From IMG/VR virus record IMGVR_UViG_3300045988_155525: DNA of 64,000 nt; one strand, given 5' to 3'. Below the pieces are notes generated by a model. It was not told the DNA's origin. It worked only from the letters and a program-made list of their open reading frames with translations, and did not search any database. Shown here in pieces: positions 9,212 to 20,245 of this stretch (position 1 is its first letter; each line of letters starts with the position of its first letter). Origin of the DNA: a virus. Position numbers and translations under genes: made by a program.

Positions 9212-11281
9212 ATGGCAAGTTATACAAGTGGTAGTCCAGGTGCTGGACAATTAGAAATAGGCATAGCATTAGTTTTACAAGATAGGTTTTCTAACCAAGC
9301 TAGAGAAGCATCTGGTGTAATAAAGAAGTTACATAATGATGCTAAAATGGCAGTGAATGCTAATGCTATTGCTTTACAAGGTATTGCAAATGGAGTTAGT
9401 AGTTTTGCAATAGGTATGGCTGGTACACTCTCGGATGTTGTAATTGAGGGTGCAGAATTTGTTGATACCATGACCACTGTATCAGCCATAACTGAAGCTA
9501 CTGATGCTCAATTAAAGAAGCTAAGTGATACAGCTCAAACATTAGGTTTACAAACTATGTTTGACTCAAAGGAAATAGCTTCTGGTATGAAATATCTAGC
9601 CATGGCAGGTAACTCTGCCAAGGAGATAGATGATATGATTAAAGGGGCTGCTTTTGTGGCTGGTGCTACTGGTATGGAACTTGGTGGTAAAGGAGGTACT
9701 GCTGACTTAATCACCAATATTATGAGAACCTTTAAAATAGAAGCTTCAGAAGCTGCAGGTGTTGTAGGAGACCAACTTACAAAAGCAGCCTTATCTTCTA
9801 ACATATCAATGATGGATTTAGCTGAATCCATTAAATATGCTGCAGCAGATATGGTAACTTTAAAACAAGAGTTACCACAAGTAGCTGCTATGATTGGTAC
9901 TTTAGGTAATGCTGGTATACAAGGTTCTATGGCTGGTACTGCATTATCTAATATGGTTAGGTATTTAAATAAGTCTATATCTCAACCTTCATTTAAAGGG
10001 GGTGAAGCTTTAGCTAGATTAGGTTTATCTAAACAGGATTTTGTTGATGCTAAAGGTGATTTATTGGATTTTTCAATAATATTAGAAAAATTACAAAAAG
10101 CCACGGCTAATTTAACCTCTACTGAACAAAATGCTGTATTCTTGGATATCTTTGGTGTAAGGGGTAATAGAGCAGCAGTAGCTCTTATGAGAGACCTGGA
10201 TGGTTATAGAGAACTTCTAGGTAAAATAGTAAATGATTCTCAAGGTTTTGCTGAAAGTGTAGTTGAGAAAAGGATGAATACCATAGCTGGTTCTCTGGAT
10301 ATTATGAGGTCTAGTTTGGAAAACCTAAGAACTACATTTACAGAAGCTGTAGAACCATTTCTATCACCCATATTTAAAGGTATAGGTATAGTAGTTGGAT
10401 GGTTAAGGGATATATTGGCTACACCAGTATTAGGTACTTTGATATCATCCGTAATTACTATAGGTACTGCATTATTAACTGTAGGCTCTGCTTTAACTAT
10501 CATAAGGACTAAATGGGTATTATTGAAAAATGATTCTCAGATTACTAGTAGAGGAATGTTTTCAGTACTTATAGGTGGTTGGAATGGAGCTACTTTAAGT
10601 GCTAAACGATACCTTGATATGGAGAGAGCAATTATTGCTCAAAGGAAAGCTGGTATATTATCCAATACAACTGCTAGTGTAATGCAAGCTACTGGTGTAC
10701 CGATTGGAGGGATAAGGTATAATAAAGCTGGTATACCAATAGATGCTAAAACTGGTAGATTTGTTAATAGGAAAGTGGCTAGTGATACTATAAGAAATAC
10801 TAGTGCTAGTACCTTAACTAGAAGTATTATGGGTGGTACCATAGCAGCTACAGCTGGTAGAGGTTTAGTTAGAAATATTGCTGCTAATGGTCTTGGTAAA
10901 GTATTACTTGGTTTTGGTTCTAAATTATTAGGCTTTTTAGGAGGTCCTATTGGAATAGCCATTATGGGGGTATCTACTATACTACCAATGATTTTGAGTG
11001 GGTTAAGGAAAAATTCTGAATCCTTAGAAGAAAATACTACTTCAGCCTATACCTTAGCTGATAGATATAAATCAGAATCTGATAAACAGAAAAATGGTAA
11101 AGATTTAACACTTACTCAAGAGGTAAGGATGTTATATAATGCTATGATGTATTGGGCTGAACAATTACCAAAAATAAAGCCAACTTCTCATGTTACTATA
11201 AATGTAGATGGTAAAAAAGGAGTAAGGGAGATAATTACTGAAGATAATGAGGATATAAACCTTAGTTTAGCTACCAAATAA
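9212..11281 (+). CDS. Tail tape measure protein
   Basis: 689 aa. TP901-type core (FDSKEIASGMKYLAMAGNSAKEI), Gly/Ala-rich TM-like segments, position after the chaperone. Confidence 0.85.
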   Translation: MASYTSGSPGAGQLEIGIALVLQDRFSNQAREASGVIKKLHNDAKMAVNANAIALQGIANGVSSFAIGMAGTLSDVVIEGAEFVDTMTTVSAITEATDAQLKKLSDTAQTLGLQTMFDSKEIASGMKYLAMAGNSAKEIDDMIKGAAFVAGATGMELGGKGGTADLITNIMRTFKIEASEAAGVVGDQLTKAALSSNISMMDLAESIKYAAADMVTLKQELPQVAAMIGTLGNAGIQGSMAGTALSNMVRYLNKSISQPSFKGGEALARLGLSKQDFVDAKGDLLDFSIILEKLQKATANLTSTEQNAVFLDIFGVRGNRAAVALMRDLDGYRELLGKIVNDSQGFAESVVEKRMNTIAGSLDIMRSSLENLRTTFTEAVEPFLSPIFKGIGIVVGWLRDILATPVLGTLISSVITIGTALLTVGSALTIIRTKWVLLKNDSQITSRGMFSVLIGGWNGATLSAKRYLDMERAIIAQRKAGILSNTTASVMQATGVPIGGIRYNKAGIPIDAKTGRFVNRKVASDTIRNTSASTLTRSIMGGTIAATAGRGLVRNIAANGLGKVLLGFGSKLLGFLGGPIGIAIMGVSTILPMILSGLRKNSESLEENTTSAYTLADRYKSESDKQKNGKDLTLTQEVRMLYNAMMYWAEQLPKIKPTSHVTINVDGKKGVREIITEDNEDINLSLATK

Positions 11282-11291
11282 TTAACTAATC

Positions 11292-12218
11292 ATGGCAAGT
11301 ATCATAGGTAAAGGCATAGGGTCCATAACTAATAAATTAGTGGATTTAGAGTCGGGGAGGGTATTTACCTCCCCTCTAAATAAACTTTGGAGGACTAAGA
11401 TTTTATTAAATAGGGCTACTTCTCCGATGCCCAAGGATAATTCTATTTCAACGTCTGGTGATTTTATAAACCATCATTATGCTAGAGAAAATTCTTTATC
11501 TATAGCTGAATCTTCAAACAAATGGTCTTCTAGTAGGAGGGTAGCTATGTCTACTGGTAAGAGCCCAATTATATCTACTGATTACACAAAAATCAACCAT
11601 TCAAATTCTCAAGAAATAAATAATCAGATTATAATTATAAATAAGAATGTATCCCCCCCTATATCTATTGTAATACAGAATAGACCAAATGAATTATCAG
11701 TAAACCCACAATCATATTGGGTAAGTGTTAAATCGATGGGTAGAAATAACCCATTCATGATGTATACTGGGGGTGAGGATACAATATCTTTTGATATTTC
11801 TTGGTATGTAAGTGACCCTAATAACCGAGAAGAGGTAATTGCAAAATGTAAATTATTAGAGTCTTGGACTAAAGCCAATGGTTATTTATATGCACCACCA
11901 ACTTTAAATATTCTTTGGGGTACTTCTGGTTTATTTGATAACGATTTATTTATATTAGAGTCAGCCCCTTATACACTAACACATTTTCAAAATGCTGTTA
12001 AAACATCTCCTTATAAACACACCCAATATGGTCAAAGGGTGTCGGATGCAGATTATAGTGTTACTGATTTAAAACTATTACCTAATTTTGCTACTCAAAG
12101 TTTAACCTTTAAAAGGGTAAGTTCTAGTAATAGGACTCATTTAGATATTATACCAGAAGAATTATTAAAGAAAACCAAAGGTATCAGTTTTCAAACTGAT
12201 ACTGGTAATAATATTTAA
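11292..12218 (+). CDS. Tail/baseplate protein (in the position of Mu gp43 'DNA circulation' protein)
   Basis: Called on synteny only. Confidence 0.3.
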   Translation: MASIIGKGIGSITNKLVDLESGRVFTSPLNKLWRTKILLNRATSPMPKDNSISTSGDFINHHYARENSLSIAESSNKWSSSRRVAMSTGKSPIISTDYTKINHSNSQEINNQIIIINKNVSPPISIVIQNRPNELSVNPQSYWVSVKSMGRNNPFMMYTGGEDTISFDISWYVSDPNNREEVIAKCKLLESWTKANGYLYAPPTLNILWGTSGLFDNDLFILESAPYTLTHFQNAVKTSPYKHTQYGQRVSDADYSVTDLKLLPNFATQSLTFKRVSSSNRTHLDIIPEELLKKTKGISFQTDTGNNI

Positions 12219-12221
12219 ATC

Positions 12222-12485
12222 ATGGCTTCAAATAATATAAGTCCATATAGTAATGCTCGAGTTATCAAATATGATAATGGAGACATTACTTTAGAAAGAA
12301 TTCCATATGATATAACTTTAGGCCCAGATACTAGAGTACATACAGTATTAGAAGGGGAAACAATTCAAAACATAGCCTATAAATACTATGGTGATTCTGG
12401 TTTATGGGGTAAGATAGCTGATGCAAATTCTATATATAATCCATTCACTGAATTAGAAGCAGGGATGGAAATTATAATTCCTTGA
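12222..12485 (+). CDS. LysM-domain tail protein (P2 gpX-like)
   Basis: HTVLEGETIQNIAYKYYGDSGLWGKIADANSIYNPFTELEAGMEIIIP is a LysM motif. 87 aa, as for gpX. Confidence 0.7.
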   Translation: MASNNISPYSNARVIKYDNGDITLERIPYDITLGPDTRVHTVLEGETIQNIAYKYYGDSGLWGKIADANSIYNPFTELEAGMEIIIP

Positions 12486-12488
12486 TAT

Positions 12489-13061
12489 ATGGCTTCAGAA
12501 ATACAACAAGATAGTAAACCAATATTACAGGATGGTACGGGTACTCCCTATTTGGCCATATTTGATGGTAGTGGTAATGCTATTATTGACCCATTGAGTA
12601 ATTTACCCATTGGAGTTTTTTGTACTGATTTCGAATATTCTTATGATGAAGATAAAGAGGATACTGGGTATATTATATTAGAAACTAATAACCCAGATTT
12701 AATCTCAATCCCACAACTAAGGTATCAGATGCCCATTAAATTACAGTGGGGATGGATATATCCTTCAGAAAAACCTAAATGTGGTCAAGTAAGAACGGTA
12801 ATAATAATAGGTCATGAGGTAGAATTTCAACAAGAAGGTACTCATATTACTATAAACTTTGCTGATTCTTCAATTTTATTGAAGAATACTCCATCATCTT
12901 ATTACCCTCAATCAGATGGGTTTTTTGATTATGTAAAAAACTTGTTAAATGGTAGTCCAGTTGGTGTGCAATTAGTAGATTATAATCCTTCTGCTACTGT
13001 TGCTGAAAAGGTTATTGCAAAAAGAGTGATAAAAAGTGAGGATTTGCAAAGATTAAAATAA
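12489..13061 (+). CDS. Hypothetical baseplate-module protein
   Basis: Called on synteny only. Confidence 0.3.
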   Translation: MASEIQQDSKPILQDGTGTPYLAIFDGSGNAIIDPLSNLPIGVFCTDFEYSYDEDKEDTGYIILETNNPDLISIPQLRYQMPIKLQWGWIYPSEKPKCGQVRTVIIIGHEVEFQQEGTHITINFADSSILLKNTPSSYYPQSDGFFDYVKNLLNGSPVGVQLVDYNPSATVAEKVIAKRVIKSEDLQRLK

Positions 13062-13068
13062 TTTTGTT

Positions 13069-14841
13069 ATGTCATCTCCAAAAATAGATGTAGAAGCTCT
13101 AAGGAGTAGTAATTTTAACCCCTATGAGGTACTTCAAGAGCCAGATAAAAATGACCCAGATTGTGTGGGTATAAAAATTCTAGAATATACCCCTGAGAAT
13201 CAAGAGTTAACTGAAAGGTTCCCAAATGATTTTAAAGAGATTATACATAAGCATGATAGAGCCACTAATATAATAATAAGTGGTTGTTCTAAGAATTTAC
13301 GTGGGCAATTAGAACAAATAGCCAGGAATATACCTGGTGGTCCATGGAGTCTAGATGGTAGAGATGGTACATTAAATATCCATAATCAGAAAAAATTAAG
13401 ACCTATTACTAAAGTATATACTTATGCTGGTGGTAATGGTGAATTACTAAGGTTTCAAGTAAAATCTAAATTTGTAAAGTCTTCTGTTGAAATATCTAAA
13501 GCAGCTGATATAGACCCAGATACTAAAGATTTAGATGTAACCACCGCTCAAACTTTAGTAGATATAAATGGTGATAATGTAGATGGATTTATACATTGGT
13601 CAGGTAGACAATGGTTAGATACAAGCCCTGACTTTGGCAATAATCCAGACCCCAATGCAGGGGACCCAAGGACCAGGTTATCTAATAGACCTTTGTATGA
13701 TGAGTATGCTATCTGGGACCCACAGGTATTAGAGAATACTAGAAAAAGGCAAGAAGTATCTAGGCAAGAGATACAAAGAGCTAAAGAAGAATATGATAGT
13801 TTACCTGAATTTTCTAGTATATCAGATGCTCAAAAAGCTATATCAGCAGACCCACAATTAACTTCAGAAGAAGTTAATGCTTTTATGGAACAACTGAGGG
13901 GTAGGTTCGAATCTTTAAAAGACCCACAAACTTATTCCACTCTAGATAAGGCTATTCATGATACCAATGTATTGGGTAACTTTACTATAGAACGTAAAAT
14001 TAAATTAAGAGAAACTATAGACCCTACTAGATATGACCCTAACCCACCTAATTCTTTAAGTAATGCTGGTATGGGTAGAGCTTATATACACCCAAGTCAA
14101 GTATATGCTGAAAGACAAAGTTCTTGGGATAGGGGTTACAACCATTTAAAAAAGCAAGGTAATATAGAAATTATATCCAGAAATCAATCTGGATTAAAAA
14201 CTGATTATGGTACACCAATAGGTTGTTATGATACCATCACCATAGTTAGGGAAGCTACAGTTACTGTACCAATAAATGGTGCCAGAGTTTTAAGTTCTGA
14301 TGTGACACCTAATTCTGGAGTTTCTATGGGTAATGATATAGAAGAAGTGGTTAAAAATCAGGTTACTGCTACTGCTTTGGTTGTAGGGGACCCAAGTATA
14401 GAATCATCTATGAATATACAAATACAAAATGTATCTTCTAAGTATTCAGGTTCTTGGTATACTAAAAAGGTAACCCATAAATTCAATAGTGGTAGTGGAT
14501 ATACTTGTGATATAGAATTTATACAAAGAGATATTCCAGTATCTAAGAATGTAATAAAGGCAAATTTAGTGGTTCAAAAGGCTATGGCAGATATTAATGG
14601 TATAGCTAAAGAGTCATTAAAAACTGGTGCTTATGATAGAATACCAGTATTACAGAATACTCTTTTGGAATATAAAGAAAAGTTCCCTGGTTATTCATTT
14701 TTAGCCATAGAAGAAGGTCCAGGTACATATGCTATATATAAAGCAGATAAGGACTTTAATGTAGACTATATTGAACAAGGAGGTAAAATTGATTATTCCA
14801 ATATAGTTAGAGTAGATACAGTTACTTTTGAGAAAAATTAA
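13069..14841 (+). CDS. Baseplate hub protein (P2 gpD / Mu gp44-like)
   Basis: 590 aa upstream of the spike. The C-terminal region (YSGSWYTKKVTHKFNSGSGYTCDIEF) resembles the gpD-family end. Confidence 0.5.
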   Translation: MSSPKIDVEALRSSNFNPYEVLQEPDKNDPDCVGIKILEYTPENQELTERFPNDFKEIIHKHDRATNIIISGCSKNLRGQLEQIARNIPGGPWSLDGRDGTLNIHNQKKLRPITKVYTYAGGNGELLRFQVKSKFVKSSVEISKAADIDPDTKDLDVTTAQTLVDINGDNVDGFIHWSGRQWLDTSPDFGNNPDPNAGDPRTRLSNRPLYDEYAIWDPQVLENTRKRQEVSRQEIQRAKEEYDSLPEFSSISDAQKAISADPQLTSEEVNAFMEQLRGRFESLKDPQTYSTLDKAIHDTNVLGNFTIERKIKLRETIDPTRYDPNPPNSLSNAGMGRAYIHPSQVYAERQSSWDRGYNHLKKQGNIEIISRNQSGLKTDYGTPIGCYDTITIVREATVTVPINGARVLSSDVTPNSGVSMGNDIEEVVKNQVTATALVVGDPSIESSMNIQIQNVSSKYSGSWYTKKVTHKFNSGSGYTCDIEFIQRDIPVSKNVIKANLVVQKAMADINGIAKESLKTGAYDRIPVLQNTLLEYKEKFPGYSFLAIEEGPGTYAIYKADKDFNVDYIEQGGKIDYSNIVRVDTVTFEKN

Positions 14842-14845
14842 TACC

Positions 14846-15520
14846 ATGACAGTAGGTGAATTAATTCAAAAATATGGTATAGAATACATCGGTAGATTTT
14901 ATTCAATATATCGTGGAGTAGTATTGGATAATCAGGATTCTGATAATATTGGTAAATTACTTATTATAATACCTTCTATACATGATGGTGTTAAAGTATG
15001 GGCAAGACCATATAATAATCCAGGTAGTATAAATTCAGGGGTAAAGTGGTTAATCCCTAGAGTTGGAGATATAGTTTGGGTACAATTTGAAATGGGTGAC
15101 CCAATGAGACCAATATGGTCTTATCATAGTTGGGGAATAGGAGAGGTACCAGAAGAATTACAAAGTAATGATACAGTTGGTTTAGTGACTCCAACTGGTA
15201 ATAAGATTTATATAAGTGAAGTGGATGGTTCCTTAACCATTATATTAAATCAAAAAGTAACCATACAAGTAATTGATGGTAGTTCGATAACTATTGATGG
15301 TAGTTCGATAACTATTGATGGTGGAGATAAATTGACCATCAATTCTAGTGATACAATTTTAAATGGGGGTAGTAATGGAGGGTTGGTTAATGTGGATTCT
15401 CTAAGAAATTTAGTCACCTCCATACAAACTGATTTGGCTACTGTTGGTTCCGGTACTCAGGTAACAGCTTGGATGGTAGATGGGATGGTTAATATTGAAG
15501 ATACTAAAGTAAAACATTAA
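14846..15520 (+). CDS. Baseplate central spike (gpV / gp5-OB / VgrG-like)
   Basis: YRGVVLDNQDSDNIGKLLIIIPS...VWARP...PRVGDIVWVQFEMGDPMRPIW is an OB-fold spike motif. A beta-helical repeat follows. Start moved from the TTG at 14828 to the ATG at 14846, just after the previous stop. Confidence 0.65.
   Translation: MTVGELIQKYGIEYIGRFYSIYRGVVLDNQDSDNIGKLLIIIPSIHDGVKVWARPYNNPGSINSGVKWLIPRVGDIVWVQFEMGDPMRPIWSYHSWGIGEVPEELQSNDTVGLVTPTGNKIYISEVDGSLTIILNQKVTIQVIDGSSITIDGSSITIDGGDKLTINSSDTILNGGSNGGLVNVDSLRNLVTSIQTDLATVGSGTQVTAWMVDGMVNIEDTKVKH
15275..15322 (+). repeat. Perfect 21-nt tandem repeat (2.3 copies) in the spike beta-helix
   Basis: gatggtagttcgataactatt occurs twice, then gatggt. It encodes DGSSITI DGSSITI DG. 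Confidence 0.9.
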
Positions 15521-15531
15521 AAAATATAGCC

Positions 15532-16005
15532 ATGAACTTAAAACAACTCAACTCAATTGGTTCTGGTGCATATTTTCCCATAGAATTAACTACTATAATG
15601 GGGGAAGATGGTAAACCAGAGAAAGTAACATTACCAGATGGTACTCAAGTAAATAAAGTCTCATGGAGAGTAATATCTGGGGATGTAAGGTTAATAAATC
15701 AGAATATAAAAGCCATCTTAACCTTTCAACTAGGTCAAAGATTTAGACAAGAAAACTTTGGTTCTAGAACTTGGGAATGTATAGAAGAACCCAACACCCA
15801 AGCTTTATCGTTCCTAGTAAGGGATTTTATAAAGGATGGTATATCAGCTTGGGAACCAAGAGTAAAGGCTATAGATGTACAAACAACCAGAGATAACGAA
15901 AAGATACATATATATTTAAGATATATGGTAAACAACTCTCAATCAGTGGAAGAACTTAATTTTGAATATAACCCTTTAAATAACACTACTACTTATGGCA
16001 ACTAA
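15532..16005 (+). CDS. Baseplate wedge protein gpW / T4 gp25-like
   Basis: Size, position, and 'FIKDGISAWEPRVKAIDV', typical of the GPW_gp25 family. Confidence 0.7.
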   Translation: MNLKQLNSIGSGAYFPIELTTIMGEDGKPEKVTLPDGTQVNKVSWRVISGDVRLINQNIKAILTFQLGQRFRQENFGSRTWECIEEPNTQALSFLVRDFIKDGISAWEPRVKAIDVQTTRDNEKIHIYLRYMVNNSQSVEELNFEYNPLNNTTTYGN

Positions 16006-17716
16006 TAATCCTTGGTTAACACCATATCAAAGGTCTTATAATGATATTAAGGCTAAACTGATTAGTGAATTAAGAAATAGAGTACCAGAAATAACTGATT
16101 TTAGTGAAGGTAATATATTTATATTAATAATTTCTATTTTTGCTGCTATAGCAGAAGTTATCCATTACTATATTGATAATATGGCAAGGGAAACTTTTTT
16201 CCCTACTGCTAGGAGATATTCTTCTCTATATAAGCATAGTAAATTGGTAGATTACCATATAAAGAGTGCTATCCCAGCTTCAGTGGATTTGACTTTATAT
16301 AAGAGTAATAATAAACCCACTTCTACTGATATAACCATACCAGTAAATACAGTATTCAATTCCATTGATGGTAAACAATGGTTAGTATCCAAAACAGTAC
16401 TTTGGGAAAAAGGTACTTATTCTATAAAAGTACCAGTAGTACAAAAAGAGAAAGTAGGTGACCCCAATAGGATTCAATTAGGGAATATTACTTCTAATAA
16501 CCCTATTATATATTTAGGCGATTTACCAGCTGATAAAAAATACATGGAAGGTTCAATGGTTTTATATATAGATAATGAACCTTGGATTTTAGTGGACACC
16601 TTTGCATATTCCTCTTCAATTGATAAAACTTATAAAGTGGAGTTAGACCAAAATTTAAAACCTTATATAATTTTTGGGGATGGTTCTTTTGGTATGAAAC
16701 CCAATTTAAACGGTAAAGTAGAGGGAGTATATTATTTGACTTATGGTTCTTTGGGCAATATAGAAGAAAATTCTTTTAATACTGTACCAAGTAGCATATT
16801 GGATATAGAGTCAGATATTAAAGTGATAAATACTAATCCTGCATCTGGAGGTTCTGATTACGAAGATTTTGATATGTTGAAGCACCATGTACCCCTTTCT
16901 ATAAAAACTTTGGGAGTAGCTATAACTAAGGAGGATTTTGAGGCTATAACTAAGATGGCTCCCGGAGTAGATAAAGCCTACGTAAATTATATATGTGGGA
17001 AATATGTTGATATATACATTACACCAGATGGTGGTGGAGAAGCTTCTTTGGCTTTAAGAGAGAGTACTTTAGATTATGTATCCAAGTCAAAAATTATAAC
17101 TACAAATCTATCTGTATCATCAACACATAGAGCATTGATATATATTGATGCTGATATATATGGTAGAAGGTCATTTACAAAAACTGATATAAGTGACCAG
17201 GTAAAGAAAGCTTTAATAGAAGCCTATAGTTATAATACTTCAGATATAAATAAAGTAGTTAGGCTATCTGATATATATGCTTTAATTGATAATCAAAGCA
17301 TGGTGGATTATTTAAATCTGAATAAATTGTATTTATTAGGGTACCCAACTCCTATAGATAATCCAAATACTTCACCAGAATTAAATATTAGTAGTTTTGT
17401 TCAGAATTACTTTAATGGTGTGGGGGGTTCCATTAGTGAAACCATGGTTATTACTATATTAGAGAATGGTTACAAGATAACTGATACCAGTCAAAAAACC
17501 CACAATGGTCAATTTGGTCAGAATCTAACAGTAAACAATGACAATGTGGGATTTACAATTACTATTGGGGATAGTACTAGTGGTTTAAGGTACAATGTAG
17601 GGGATAGGTATAACCTATTTATCCAGAAGATGAACATGGATTTGGTACCTATGAATTATAATATCCCAATATTTAAATCAGAAACCATAAACCTTACTAT
17701 TCATGAAGTCGTTTAA
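15995..17716 (+). CDS. Baseplate protein J-like (P2 gpJ / T4 gp6 family)
   Basis: 573 aa directly after gpW. N-terminal 'SYNDIKAKLISELRNRVPEITDFSEGN' is typical of the J family. Confidence 0.65.
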   Translation: MATNNPWLTPYQRSYNDIKAKLISELRNRVPEITDFSEGNIFILIISIFAAIAEVIHYYIDNMARETFFPTARRYSSLYKHSKLVDYHIKSAIPASVDLTLYKSNNKPTSTDITIPVNTVFNSIDGKQWLVSKTVLWEKGTYSIKVPVVQKEKVGDPNRIQLGNITSNNPIIYLGDLPADKKYMEGSMVLYIDNEPWILVDTFAYSSSIDKTYKVELDQNLKPYIIFGDGSFGMKPNLNGKVEGVYYLTYGSLGNIEENSFNTVPSSILDIESDIKVINTNPASGGSDYEDFDMLKHHVPLSIKTLGVAITKEDFEAITKMAPGVDKAYVNYICGKYVDIYITPDGGGEASLALRESTLDYVSKSKIITTNLSVSSTHRALIYIDADIYGRRSFTKTDISDQVKKALIEAYSYNTSDINKVVRLSDIYALIDNQSMVDYLNLNKLYLLGYPTPIDNPNTSPELNISSFVQNYFNGVGGSISETMVITILENGYKITDTSQKTHNGQFGQNLTVNNDNVGFTITIGDSTSGLRYNVGDRYNLFIQKMNMDLVPMNYNIPIFKSETINLTIHEVV

Positions 17717-18929
17717 AAGTTTCAAAGATTATATCTTTACTCACCTTTTCCCATATGAATATAAGGTAGAAGATACTTATAAAGATATAAATGGGAAAGG
17801 TATATTAGAGAGATTTATAGATATATGTTCTGAGTATTTTGATAAAGAAGTTATACCAGAGATAGATAATTTCACAGACATAATTGATATAGATAAAACA
17901 CCCGGTATATTTCTAAACTATATTTGGGAATATTTTGGGTATATCCCATATGCTTATGGCGTATTGGTAGGTGATTCAAGTTATTCTAAAGAAAATGTTT
18001 ATAAATGGTTAAATGACCCAAGGAGTTTTCCTAAGGCTGATACTAGAAGAATATTAAAATATGCCATATCATTATATAAGATAAGGTGTACAGAGGATTT
18101 CTATACAGTATTGGGAAGATTCTATGGAGTAAGATTTGAATTAAAAGAAGTAGGTAGTTCTTCTGGTAATGGAGATGTAAGTACCATAGATTTGATTATA
18201 GCTAGTTATAATAATGTATACAGTACTTACGATGAAATAAAAGCTGGTTGGAGATATGGAGATTGTTGGTCATGTATACATATGATAGCCAATATCTATA
18301 TTCCTAAAGGAATGTATGATTTATTGGTGGAAATGGGTACACTAGATGATGCTAAAAAAGCTCTTATTGAGATATTGAATAAGTATTTACCTATACATGT
18401 AAAGTTTTTTGAGGATGAAGATGTTACTTTGATACCTGATATTCCTACTATATTGATTAGTGCACCTCCTGAAATACCCTTAAACTTAACTTCAGCTACT
18501 ATTAGGATATCTGGCCAAGGTGAGGATAATCCAGATGAGCCAGGAGATATTGATTTATCTCAATTTAAATTGGAAGTACAAAATACTTCTCCTTATTTAA
18601 ATACTGAATATGTATATAACATTTTTATACATGATTGGGATGGGTCATATAGTGATATAGTAGTACTGGAAATAGGACCTTCAGTTACTTGTGATTGTAT
18701 TTCTATAACCAGACCAGAAGCTGGACAAACTAGGTTACATGGGTTATATGAATTTAGTGATTATCCCAGTAGTGGTAGTTTATATTTAACTGCTTTGTTA
18801 GAAGTAGAAGGTAAGGAGTACAGAGTAAATTCAGCTTTAATGACCCCAATAGATAGACCTTCAGAATTGGTAGTTAGTATATATGATGATATTTATAGTA
18901 GTTATGAAGAAATAAAGTCTGGATATTAA
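17703..18929 (+). CDS. Baseplate/tail protein in the gpI position
   Basis: Synteny after gpJ. N-terminal 'LFPYEYKVEDTYKD...LERFIDICSEYFD' resembles P2 gpI-like proteins. Confidence 0.4.
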   Translation: MKSFKSFKDYIFTHLFPYEYKVEDTYKDINGKGILERFIDICSEYFDKEVIPEIDNFTDIIDIDKTPGIFLNYIWEYFGYIPYAYGVLVGDSSYSKENVYKWLNDPRSFPKADTRRILKYAISLYKIRCTEDFYTVLGRFYGVRFELKEVGSSSGNGDVSTIDLIIASYNNVYSTYDEIKAGWRYGDCWSCIHMIANIYIPKGMYDLLVEMGTLDDAKKALIEILNKYLPIHVKFFEDEDVTLIPDIPTILISAPPEIPLNLTSATIRISGQGEDNPDEPGDIDLSQFKLEVQNTSPYLNTEYVYNIFIHDWDGSYSDIVVLEIGPSVTCDCISITRPEAGQTRLHGLYEFSDYPSSGSLYLTALLEVEGKEYRVNSALMTPIDRPSELVVSIYDDIYSSYEEIKSGY

Positions 18930-18942
18930 GTAGAGTAAAGAT

Positions 18943-19578
18943 ATGATAATGTTCCTAAAACCATTGGTAATCCAACAAGAAAATAAAATGTTAGATGAAG
19001 CAGTAGACCAAATTACAGAGTCATCCATTAAGTTAGCTGAAGCTACTGCTAATTATGGTGCTCTAAAGATTGTATTTAGCATCTTTATAGTGTTTATGAT
19101 TTTGATAGTTATATTATTCATCTATCAAATTATAACATTTACTAAGAAAATAGATACAATACATACTGCTGCAACTAGAACTCAAGAATATTTTGAAGGA
19201 GTATCAGATAGTAGTATAGGTGATAATGAAGCTCAGGTTATAATTAGACGTAGTATGAATAGCCTATGTCAAAGTATAAAATATTATATACTAAGGATAA
19301 GGCTAGAAAACCATATAGAAAATAAAATTTTAATCGAAGATAAGGTTGATAGAGTAGTAAAAAATGAATTTTCAGAATTAACTAATTTCTTAGGTAATTT
19401 TATAAATAATGAAAAACAACTTTCTGGAGTTGTAAATACAGAAGATATAGATGTTATAAAACAGTTTGTATTAGAACAAGTATATATACCTAAATCAGAG
19501 TTTACTATCTCTAATATGGACCAATCCACCTCTATATTGATAAATGGTTTAAAATTGAATTATATAAAGAATCTGTAG
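18943..19578 (+). CDS. Membrane-anchored protein of unknown function (adjacent to the endolysin)
   Basis: Single TM segment ALKIVFSIFIVFMILIVILFIYQIITF. The stop abuts the amidase start. Confidence 0.35.
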   Translation: MIMFLKPLVIQQENKMLDEAVDQITESSIKLAEATANYGALKIVFSIFIVFMILIVILFIYQIITFTKKIDTIHTAATRTQEYFEGVSDSSIGDNEAQVIIRRSMNSLCQSIKYYILRIRLENHIENKILIEDKVDRVVKNEFSELTNFLGNFINNEKQLSGVVNTEDIDVIKQFVLEQVYIPKSEFTISNMDQSTSILINGLKLNYIKNL

Positions 19579-19579
19579 T

Positions 19580-20170
19580 ATGAGGAATTTAGTTATAATA
19601 TTAGACCCAGCCCATGGTTCAGATGTAGCTGGTAAATCCTCCCCTGATGGTACACATAAAGAATATATGTGGAGTAGAAATATATGTAATTCATTAGCTA
19701 AACAGTTGGAAGATTTAGATTTCAGAGTGGAATTTACAAATACTTCTGAATTAGAGATAGGATTATCTAAGAGGAAGCAAATAGCTAACAATATAAAGAT
19801 AGAACCTAACCAAAGTAAATTATTACTAACTCTACACAATAATGCAGCAGGTATGGGTAATAATTGGTGTAATGCTAGGGGCTATGAAGTATTTACATCC
19901 TGGGGTAATACCAATACCAAATCCAATGTATTTGGGAAAATTCTTGTAGATAATTTAAAATCTTCATTCCCCACCTATAAGTATAGAGGTCTTAAAGAAT
20001 CCAATTTTACAGTACTTATGGGTGATTACTATGCTTTATACATCGAGTGGTTATTTCAGGATAACAAAGAAGATGTACGATTATTAAAAAATGATTTAGT
20101 AAATGATAGGTTGGTAGTTACTCTGGTAAAAGCTATAGTAGAAATGGATAATATTAATAACCAATCATAG
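19580..20170 (+). CDS. N-acetylmuramoyl-L-alanine amidase (Amidase_3-type endolysin)
   Basis: VIILDPAHGSDVAGKSSPDG, TLHNNAAG and ESNFTVL are amidase_3 Zn-ligand and catalytic-context motifs. Confidence 0.75.
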   Translation: MRNLVIILDPAHGSDVAGKSSPDGTHKEYMWSRNICNSLAKQLEDLDFRVEFTNTSELEIGLSKRKQIANNIKIEPNQSKLLLTLHNNAAGMGNNWCNARGYEVFTSWGNTNTKSNVFGKILVDNLKSSFPTYKYRGLKESNFTVLMGDYYALYIEWLFQDNKEDVRLLKNDLVNDRLVVTLVKAIVEMDNINNQS

Positions 20171-20195
20171 TAACCATAGTTGAGTTGGTTAATGT

Positions 20196-20244
20196 GGGGA
20201 GTATAGGGAAGACATTATATATGTCCAACTATACTCCCTTTTTT
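20196..20244. terminator. Bidirectional hairpin terminator between convergent genes
   Basis: ggggagtatag (20196-20206) pairs with ctatactccc (20229-20238), followed by tttttt. It lies between the + amidase and the - ORF 20246-20899. Confidence 0.75.
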
Positions 20245-20245
20245 G

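Noticed and set aside
2114-11878. Antisense ORFs inside the structural genes: 2114-2458, 4820-5005, 6056-6301, 9220-9489, 9535-9831, 10240-10503, 10639-10962, 11624-11878 (all on the - strand)
   Set aside because: Each lies fully inside a longer, functionally recognisable + strand gene. Their products are low-complexity mirror translations, and no promoter or terminator context supports them.
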